NCBI GenBank assembly: GCA_039208735.1
Contig: JBCCQY010000085.1
Location: forward strand, 1-37,458
Direction of reading: 5' to 3'
Length of the DNA: 37,458 nt
DNA from: Myxococcota bacterium
GTDB lineage: Bacteria > Myxococcota_A > UBA796 > GCA-2862545
Shown here: positions 9,302 through 16,379 of the stretch, one piece after another
Position numbering within the stretch: position 1 is the stretch's first letter
How the letters are laid out: each line of letters begins with the position of its first letter
The notes under the pieces: generated by a model
Databases searched by the model: none
Told to the model about the DNA's origin: nothing
What the model saw: only the letters and a program-made list of their open reading frames with translations
Made by a program: the position numbers and the translations under genes

Positions 9302-10398
9302 CGCCCCTCGTCGAAGTCTGGAGCCGCACCGACGCTGATCTGGCACGCTGTCGACAGGCCCTACGCGAGGAACCAGACCCCGAACGGGCCGCACAAACCC
9401 TGCTTCGGTCCAGAGGCCGATGGCCGCGACCTCCTGGAGTGACGCCCCAAGACCCCATCGCCCTCATTGAAGCCGAGTGGATCGACAGCGAACCCTACTG
9501 GCGCTCCCGCACCCTGGTCGCCGCCACGATGCTTCCGAAGGGGAACGGGGTCTACCTCCCCGCCGCAGAGCGTTGGCCGTTCTGGCGTGGCCCACCCGAG
9601 TCGATCACCGTGGTGCGCAAAGCCCCGCTGGGCTGGTTTGGCCTGGGGGTTCGACTTCCTCTGCGATTTGCATGGGACGCCGAGCCGCTCGGCATCGACC
9701 CCGAGCACGATCGGTTCATGGCGGCTTGGGACGCAAGGTTCTATCTCGGGCACCTCCGAGACTCGGGGGTGCCTTGGCGCGTGCGCTTCCTCGATGGTCC
9801 TCTCGTCGAACTGCTCCCGAGAACCCCGGACGCGGAACTCGACGCTTGGGTTGGACAATCCGGCTCCGAACTTGGCAAACTCGCCCACCTGGTTCGCCAA
9901 CGGTACCGACATCGCCACGGCCCAGCGGCGCTTCCCCCCGTCGCCGACCTCGCCCACCGGGCGCTCTGTGAAGCCGGTCCCCTGCGCGAAATCGATCTTC
10001 GATTCGCGGATGCGGTGCGCCCCTCAAGTCTTGACGTTGAGGCCGCCACCATGCGGGGCTTTGCCCACGAGAGCCACGCCAACGTCGTCCTCGCCGACCG
10101 CGTGCTCCTGGAGGTCGGACTCGACCCGGCAGGGGATGCTCGCCTCAAACGGCTCCGACCAGAAGAGGCCCGTCGCGCGCCTAATTCGCTGCTGCACCGG
10201 CCGGGCGACCGTCGACCCCGGATGCCCCTTTCTGCAGCGGATCGGATCTGGGAGGCGTTTCACGAACCTTTGGGAACCGAAGCGCAGGTTTACGAGGTCA
10301 CCGATACGCCCGACATCGGAATCCACCGCACCACGATCGTCGGAATGGATGCCGCGCACGCGGTCGCCTTCCACGTGACCGAGTGCATCTCGACGTAG
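9298..10398 (+). CDS. Hypothetical protein
   Basis: GTGA overlap with the amidase stop codon; fills the gap up to the hisD stop; no family recognised. Confidence 0.65.
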   Translation: MTPLVEVWSRTDADLARCRQALREEPDPERAAQTLLRSRGRWPRPPGVTPQDPIALIEAEWIDSEPYWRSRTLVAATMLPKGNGVYLPAAERWPFWRGPPESITVVRKAPLGWFGLGVRLPLRFAWDAEPLGIDPEHDRFMAAWDARFYLGHLRDSGVPWRVRFLDGPLVELLPRTPDAELDAWVGQSGSELGKLAHLVRQRYRHRHGPAALPPVADLAHRALCEAGPLREIDLRFADAVRPSSLDVEAATMRGFAHESHANVVLADRVLLEVGLDPAGDARLKRLRPEEARRAPNSLLHRPGDRRPRMPLSAADRIWEAFHEPLGTEAQVYEVTDTPDIGIHRTTIVGMDAAHAVAFHVTECIST

Positions 10399-10402
10399 GC
10401 CT

Positions 10403-11650
10403 CTATTTCAGCCGCTGCAGGGCCGACCGAGCATGCCCTTCGAGGCCTTCCAACCGGGCCAGCCGAACGCTATCGGCCACCGTTTCGGCCGAGGGGGTGT
10501 CGAGTTCCAGAAACGTGCGGACCCGCAGGAAGGTGAAGACCGAAAGACCCCCGGTATAGCGAGCGGTCCGGCCCGTGGGCAGCGTATGGTTGGGGCCCAC
10601 GCCATAGTCGCCAAACACTTCGGCTGACCCTGAACCGACAAAGAGCCCGCCATAGTGGGCCAACTGGTCGGCGAGCCCGCGCGCCCGGTCCCCCAGCAAC
10701 TCGAGGTGCTCTGGGGCGATTTCGTTGGCGACCGAAACCGCCTCTTCGAGATTCGCCACAATGACCGCACCGCCGTTCGACGTGAGCGAAACTCGAGCCG
10801 TGTCCGCTGTGGGCAAATCCGCCAGCTGCCTCGCCAGAGCCGCGTCGACTGCATCGGCAAGATCGGACGATGGCGTGATCAACCAAGGCACCGCGTCGAC
10901 ATCGTGCTCAGCCTGAGCAATGAGATCGGCGGCGACCACTTCGGGATCCGCGTCGACGTCGGCAATCACGAGCAATTCGGAGGGTCCAGCCAACAGGTCG
11001 ATGCCCACCCGACCGGAGACGATTTGTTTCGCGGCGGTGACCCACCTATTGCCAGGACCACAAATTACGTCAGCCGGAGGAATGCCCACGCCATACGCCA
11101 TCGCCGCGATCGCTTGCGCGCCGCCGGTCACGAGCAAGCCATCTGCCCCGGCCACGAGGGCGGCCACCTGGGTAACGGAGGTGGGACGGGGCGATGCCAC
11201 GTAGACCTCTTCCACTCCGGCCGCCCGCGCGGTCGCCACGGTCATGAGGACCGAGGAGGGAAGTGGATAGCGCCCACCGGGAGCGTAGCAGCCTGCCCGG
11301 GCCACCGGCACCACCTGATGACCCGCACGCCCCCCGGGGACCTGCACCGTGGCGTCGGTCAAGGCGTCGCGTTGAGCCCGTGCGAACGTGGTGATCTGGT
11401 CACACACCCTTTCCAGCAAGCTACAATCTGCATCTTCGATCTGCCCGCGCGCCTTCGCCAACCGATCGCGATCCAACACGAGCGGCTGGTCGGAGGTCAC
11501 ACCATCGAATTTCTGGGCCCAGTGTCGCAGACCAGCGACACCACGATCGCGGACGTCTTCCACGATTTGGCGCGCCTGATCAAGGGTGGGAGCATCCACA
11601 GGCTGGACCTCGGCCAGGCGCAGTTCGGCGGGCCGTTGACGGACGAGCAT
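10403..11650 (-). CDS. hisD: Histidinol dehydrogenase
   Basis: YAPGGRYPLPSSVLM, GPGNRWV, AGPSE, QAEHD, APEHLEL, GDYGVGPNHTLPT and EGLEGHA motifs. Start trimmed to ATG 11650. Confidence 0.96.
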   Translation of the reverse strand: MLVRQRPAELRLAEVQPVDAPTLDQARQIVEDVRDRGVAGLRHWAQKFDGVTSDQPLVLDRDRLAKARGQIEDADCSLLERVCDQITTFARAQRDALTDATVQVPGGRAGHQVVPVARAGCYAPGGRYPLPSSVLMTVATARAAGVEEVYVASPRPTSVTQVAALVAGADGLLVTGGAQAIAAMAYGVGIPPADVICGPGNRWVTAAKQIVSGRVGIDLLAGPSELLVIADVDADPEVVAADLIAQAEHDVDAVPWLITPSSDLADAVDAALARQLADLPTADTARVSLTSNGGAVIVANLEEAVSVANEIAPEHLELLGDRARGLADQLAHYGGLFVGSGSAEVFGDYGVGPNHTLPTGRTARYTGGLSVFTFLRVRTFLELDTPSAETVADSVRLARLEGLEGHARSALQRLK

Positions 11651-11676
11651 GTCGGCGCATAACAATGCCAACGCGA

Positions 11677-13512
11677 ATGAAGGACCTCGTTCTTGCCCTC
11701 GATTGGTGGAGAGCGACCCGTGAACCCGGGTTGGCCGACGTCGTGCGGGCCCTCTCCAGGCCCCCTCACCGGGGGCCTCCCAACGGTGCAAACGCCTATG
11801 AGCGCGACGCCGACTGGCTGTCGGTGGCGTCACGTGACGATCCGCAGGAGGTGAGCTGGCTGCTCGAGCATCTCGTGGTCGCCAGCTCGGTCGACCGATC
11901 GACCGCCCGCCTCGAACATCTGGGGGCCCGGGGCCCCGATCCGCGGGTCGCCGATGCGGCCATGGATTGGGTTGTCGCAGGCCATTTCCGATCGATGCGC
12001 CAACACGCCTGGTGGCAACGCGTCGAGCATGTGATCCGCAGTTGGGGACCACGAGACTTCGATTTTCGTGCGCTGTCGCATCGCGTACGGGCCGGTTCCA
12101 GCGAGTCGATGCTCCGTCTTGCGGGGGTCGTTCAAGGCTGGACGACGCTGGCCCCTCCGGTCCTGCCACTGTCGACCGAACAGGCGACGGTCTTCGAAAC
12201 GTGGCGGCCCCTTTTGCCCAAGCCTCGCCGCGAAGTCCCCCCTGACCTCACGCACGCCGAACTCTGGCAAGCCGTGCTTGCAACCCCCAACGCCGATGCG
12301 CCGCGAGCAGTACTCGCGGACTATCTGCTCGCCCGCGGCCGGCCCCAAGGTCGGTTCATTCGGCTTCAGCTCGAGCGAAGCGCGCATCACGGTCCCATCG
12401 ACGAGTCTCGATCGATGCTTCCCCACGAGGAACGGGTGTTGCTCGAAGCACACGAGGGAGCATGGTTTGGAGTGGCATTTCCCGCCCTGGTAGAGGGGGC
12501 CCCCGAGCGCGGATTTTACCGTCACATTCAGCTGGGCCGCAAAGCGGAACATCTCGCTGAACTCGCCGAGGCACAAGGGCTTTCGACGGTTCGACACATC
12601 CGGCTCGACCGCACTGCCATTCGATCCAAGCGCCAACTTGCGACCATGTTGCGCTCTCCGCACCTTTCCGCCCTGCAGCGGGTCAATGACCTTAGCATGG
12701 GCGATTTGGCTGCATTCAAGGATGGGGTGGCTCGACCGTCGTGGCTATCAGCCTTTCCCCCGGCCAATCGACTCGAAGCGTTGGCCAAGGCGGTCGAAGA
12801 CGTGCCTTGGCTGCAGCGACTCGAAATCTCGACCTGCCCTCCCCATCCGCCTGATGCGTTGGGGGCCTTCGCGGTCCCCGAGCTGTCGCTGCCCGTGGCC
12901 CAGTGGTTGGGCTCCCAATGGGTCGACGAGATTGGCGCGCTCATCGCCCGGGTGGGGAGCTCCGTCCAGCGCCTCGTGTTCGCTGGCGCCCACGAAGGAC
13001 TGTCCCTGCTTCGAGACGACGAGGGCATCTGGACCGTCGATCTGGGCCCTCATGCGCGAGAGCCCAAGGCCCCTCGCGACGCAACCTACCTGTCGTTGCC
13101 GCTGATCTGGGCTCTTCGGGACCGCCCCCGGCGAGTCGTCGATGGACCAGGCTACGCCTACATTCCGCATGTCGAAGGTGACCAATTCGCCATGCTTGAG
13201 CAACTGCCCCCTCGGCCTGTGTTTATCGGCGGGGGCTACCCGCACGACCGGGCCCGGTGGCTTCGGCACCTGCCCCCGCTCGATGAGGTGCGCCTGTTTG
13301 TCGATTCCCATCGTTGGATCCGCGCGTTCGATGGCGCTCCACGAATCAAGCGTATCCAACTTCTCCACCACGAAGGTTCGCTCGGCCCACTGTTGTGGCG
13401 TGGCGACGACGGAGCGCTGCGATACGCCTGGGCTTCCGGACTCACCCCCGAACAGCTTCATCCCCTATCCAAGGTCCTGAACCGCAAGCTGACCCTCGCG
13501 GCACCGCCCTGA
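11677..13512 (+). CDS. Hypothetical protein with an internal TIGR02996-like domain followed by degenerate LRR-like segments
   Basis: LWQAVLATPNADAPRAVLADYLLARGRPQGRFIRLQLE matches the TIGR02996 pattern; it is followed by ERGF and LxxL-type segments. Start is 11665 or 11677. Confidence 0.7.
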   Translation: MKDLVLALDWWRATREPGLADVVRALSRPPHRGPPNGANAYERDADWLSVASRDDPQEVSWLLEHLVVASSVDRSTARLEHLGARGPDPRVADAAMDWVVAGHFRSMRQHAWWQRVEHVIRSWGPRDFDFRALSHRVRAGSSESMLRLAGVVQGWTTLAPPVLPLSTEQATVFETWRPLLPKPRREVPPDLTHAELWQAVLATPNADAPRAVLADYLLARGRPQGRFIRLQLERSAHHGPIDESRSMLPHEERVLLEAHEGAWFGVAFPALVEGAPERGFYRHIQLGRKAEHLAELAEAQGLSTVRHIRLDRTAIRSKRQLATMLRSPHLSALQRVNDLSMGDLAAFKDGVARPSWLSAFPPANRLEALAKAVEDVPWLQRLEISTCPPHPPDALGAFAVPELSLPVAQWLGSQWVDEIGALIARVGSSVQRLVFAGAHEGLSLLRDDEGIWTVDLGPHAREPKAPRDATYLSLPLIWALRDRPRRVVDGPGYAYIPHVEGDQFAMLEQLPPRPVFIGGGYPHDRARWLRHLPPLDEVRLFVDSHRWIRAFDGAPRIKRIQLLHHEGSLGPLLWRGDDGALRYAWASGLTPEQLHPLSKVLNRKLTLAAPP

Positions 13513-13526
13513 CCCAAGAGGCCCTC

Positions 13527-15209
13527 ATGCAGCCCTCCGACTGGCAACCCTACCGTGGCGAGCGCTACCTCGACTTCGACGCGGTGGACCGACACGTCAA
13601 CGAACTCGCGGCCATCGCCCCCGACTGGGTCTCCCTCGAACGCCTCGGCTCGTCGCGAATGGGCCGTCCGTTGCACCTGCTGACGATCGGCGATCGCACC
13701 CAGGGCAACCCCGACCATCGGCCCGCGATCTGGCTCGACGGGGGAACGCACGCCATCGAGTGGACGGGCGTGATGAGTGCGTTGGCGTCGGTGTCGCGGT
13801 GGGTGGAAGGCCTTGTTCAAGGCGACCCCACACTCACCGAGGCGTTCCGGCAGCACACTGCCTACGTGGCGCCCTGCGTGAGCCCCGATGGGCTGCACGA
13901 GACGATGCACGGGCGGCCCTCCTTTCGCAGCACGCTGCGGCCCCCCCGCGTCGGCACCTCGCGGATCGGGTTCGAGCCCCACGACATCGACGGAGACGGG
14001 TTCGTCGGATGGATGCGGTGGCGGCACCCCAGCGGACCGTGGGTCGCCGATGGCGGAAACCTCGTGCTTTTGCGCCCTCGCACCGTCGATGATGATCCAG
14101 CGGAGGCCTTCTTCTTGGTGCCCGAGGGCCGGTTCTTGCAGTGGGATGGCGTCCGCTACCTCGATGCCCCGCTCGAACTCGGACTCGACCTCAATCGAAA
14201 CTTCCCTGTAGATTGGTCGCCGTTTTCGATGTTCGGCATGGACGCCGGTGATTTTCCAGGAAGTGAGCCCGAGAGTCGCGCGCTACTGGACGCGGTTGCG
14301 AAGCGCCCCCACATCGCTGCTGCGGTCACCAACCACACCTACACAGGCTGCTTGCTGTGTCCTCCCGGTCGGAAGGACACGCCGCTTTCCCCAGGCGACG
14401 TCAACCACATGCATCGGCTGGCCAAGGACTTGGTCCGCGACACGGGCTACCGCGTCTACAAGGTCTACCCGGAGTTCATGTACGACCCTGACAAGCCTAT
14501 CATCGGGACGTGGGACGACACGCTCTCGGCGGTCTTCGGCATCGCCGCCTTCACCCTCGAGCTGTGGGACCCGTTCGCCTGGGCGGGGCTCGAACCCGAA
14601 GATCCCACCACCATGTGGCGCGACCCCAATCACGATCGCATTCGCGCCGTCATGGACAAGATCGTGGCTGAGGGTGCGGCGCGGCCCTGGCAAGCATTTG
14701 AGCATCCCCAGCTTGGTCCTGTTGAACTGGGCGGAATCGACTACCACCGCACGGTGCGCAATCCTCCAGAGCCTTTGTTGCGAGCCGAGTGTGACCGTGG
14801 CCACCTCGTGGTGGACCGACTCCGGCGATCGTTGCCCCAGGTCACGCCATCCCTGACCATGCGCCCGCTGAACGACGGAATCGTCGAGATCCTCGTGGAA
14901 CTCGAAAACCGAGGGGCGCTGGCGACGAGCGGATTGCAGCGGGCGGTCACCGTCGGCGCGTCACCCCCGGTTCGGGTCGCTCTCCATGGCGCGGATCCGG
15001 TGGCGGGCGACCGCGACCAAACGTTGGACCATCTGTCGGGATGGTTCCGGTCCGGATTTGGCCGTTCGCCGGTCTATCCAGGTTTGGGTCTGGATAGCCC
15101 ACGGACCGCGGCTCGGTTCATGGTGCGGTCCGAGGATCTCGCGAACGTGCGCATCGAATGGTGGGCAGGCCGCGCGGGCCGAGGCGTTCTCACCGCCAAA
15201 GGAAAATGA
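13527..15209 (+). CDS. M14 family zinc carboxypeptidase
   Basis: GTHAIE (HxxE), SPDG, DLNRNF, SEPE, NHT (third Zn ligand) and FTLELW (catalytic Glu). Confidence 0.92.
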   Translation: MQPSDWQPYRGERYLDFDAVDRHVNELAAIAPDWVSLERLGSSRMGRPLHLLTIGDRTQGNPDHRPAIWLDGGTHAIEWTGVMSALASVSRWVEGLVQGDPTLTEAFRQHTAYVAPCVSPDGLHETMHGRPSFRSTLRPPRVGTSRIGFEPHDIDGDGFVGWMRWRHPSGPWVADGGNLVLLRPRTVDDDPAEAFFLVPEGRFLQWDGVRYLDAPLELGLDLNRNFPVDWSPFSMFGMDAGDFPGSEPESRALLDAVAKRPHIAAAVTNHTYTGCLLCPPGRKDTPLSPGDVNHMHRLAKDLVRDTGYRVYKVYPEFMYDPDKPIIGTWDDTLSAVFGIAAFTLELWDPFAWAGLEPEDPTTMWRDPNHDRIRAVMDKIVAEGAARPWQAFEHPQLGPVELGGIDYHRTVRNPPEPLLRAECDRGHLVVDRLRRSLPQVTPSLTMRPLNDGIVEILVELENRGALATSGLQRAVTVGASPPVRVALHGADPVAGDRDQTLDHLSGWFRSGFGRSPVYPGLGLDSPRTAARFMVRSEDLANVRIEWWAGRAGRGVLTAKGK

Positions 15210-16260
15210 ACGCGGCCAAGATGCCAATCAGCAGGCCCAACGAGACGGCGAGCGACATCATCCACGGCGGCAGGTTCTCGTCATCCAAGTCCCGCAGCGG
15301 AACATCATCGTCCGGCGTGAAGTCGTTGGAGGGAGGCCGACCGGGTTCGGGCAGCCGACTTCGCGATTCGTGAAAGCTCGTGTAGGTGGCCGCGTCTGGA
15401 GGCAACCGCTCGGCGAGAGGCTTGATAGTGCGCATTTTCAAGCGCCCTGATGCCGTACGACGAGCCGGGCTGCCCGGCGAGAGTTCATGGGCAAACTCGG
15501 GCACCGTCGATCGCCGGGCGTCGCCCGAACGCACGAGAGCGGGAGCACTACGTCGCTCGGGCGCCGGCTCCCGGGAGGGGCGTGGCGCGAGGTGGCGCGG
15601 CGGGCTCGGCTCCCTCGACGGCCGTGGAGCGAGATTGCGAGGGGGGCTCGGCTCCCGTGAGGGACGCGGAGACGTCGGAACGGCACGGCGAACCTGCACG
15701 GGCTCCCGCGATGGACGCGCACCGCGCAGCGGCGCGGGTTCCCGAGAGGCGCGGGGTGCGGAATCTCGAGGAGGAGCCGGATCGCGCGAGGGACGTGGCG
15801 GCTGGGACGCTCGGGAGGGCGCCGGCTCGCGAGACGCCTTCCGCGCGCTTCGGCTGGGAAACACGTCGCGCCGGGGGGCCGGCTCGACCGAACGACGTCG
15901 CACGGTCCCAGCCGGCCGATGGACCGAGGGAGGGGCTTGGCCCAACGGAGCGGGAGGCGGCGCCGGCTCGTTGGGGTTTTGTGGCCGAATAGGACTCCGC
16001 CAGCCCCGAAGGGTCGGCTCGGTTTGCGGTTCGCCATCATCGGCGAGGGGAAAGTTGTCGCGAACCGTGGGCTCGGTAGGTTCGGTGGGAGGATCACCCG
16101 TGAAGAGCGGTCCCGCCGGACGCGTCGGCGCGGTCGGTTCGTCGTCAAAGTCCTCGCTGGGGGTATGACGCGGCGCACGGATCCCGTCTGGTCTTTTGGC
16201 TCCGACCAGGGTTGGCGGTTCGCTGTCGGGATCGCGCATGGCAGCCACGGCTTCCTCCAC
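15190..16260 (-). CDS. Pro/Arg-rich disordered protein with a C-terminal transmembrane anchor
   Basis: EPT and SREP repeats; ends in LAVSLGLLIGILAAFIFLWR. Start is uncertain (16260 or 16239). Confidence 0.75.
   Translation of the reverse strand: MEEAVAAMRDPDSEPPTLVGAKRPDGIRAPRHTPSEDFDDEPTAPTRPAGPLFTGDPPTEPTEPTVRDNFPLADDGEPQTEPTLRGWRSPIRPQNPNEPAPPPAPLGQAPPSVHRPAGTVRRRSVEPAPRRDVFPSRSARKASREPAPSRASQPPRPSRDPAPPRDSAPRASREPAPLRGARPSREPVQVRRAVPTSPRPSREPSPPRNLAPRPSREPSPPRHLAPRPSREPAPERRSAPALVRSGDARRSTVPEFAHELSPGSPARRTASGRLKMRTIKPLAERLPPDAATYTSFHESRSRLPEPGRPPSNDFTPDDDVPLRDLDDENLPPWMMSLAVSLGLLIGILAAFIFLWR
15555..15840 (-). repeat. Intragenic peptide repeats: 7 x SR(E/D)P, including a 14-aa tandem unit PRPSREPSPPR(N/H)LA
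   Basis: Read directly from the translation; coordinates are approximate. Confidence 0.75.
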
Positions 16261-16292
16261 AGAGCCGAGCGTTTATCATGAACCCGCAGGAA

Positions 16293-16327
16293 GCAAGGGC
16301 TCGAGGACCCCTCGGCGCAACCCTTGC
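16293..16327 (-). other. Intergenic hairpin downstream of the polA-like gene (possible terminator or RNA element)
   Basis: Minus strand GCAAGGGTT...AGCCCTTGC (9 bp including one G-U pair) enclosing CGAGG/CCTCG; only a weak U-tail (TTCC). Confidence 0.4.
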
Positions 16328-16379
16328 ATATACAACAATTCTCCATGCATCAAATGCCAGGAGCGCCCAGGAGTTTGCG

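Noticed and set aside
11651..12169. Long N-terminal extensions given by the ORF track for hisD (and likewise for the polA-like, L2HGDH-like, fdhD and M14 genes)
   Set aside because: They overlap neighbouring genes and precede the family's normal N-terminus, so they are not real fusions.
15555..15840. Repeats considered as a possible CRISPR array (also 37213-37290)
   Set aside because: They are in-frame coding repeats with synonymous variation, no unique spacers and no cas genes.
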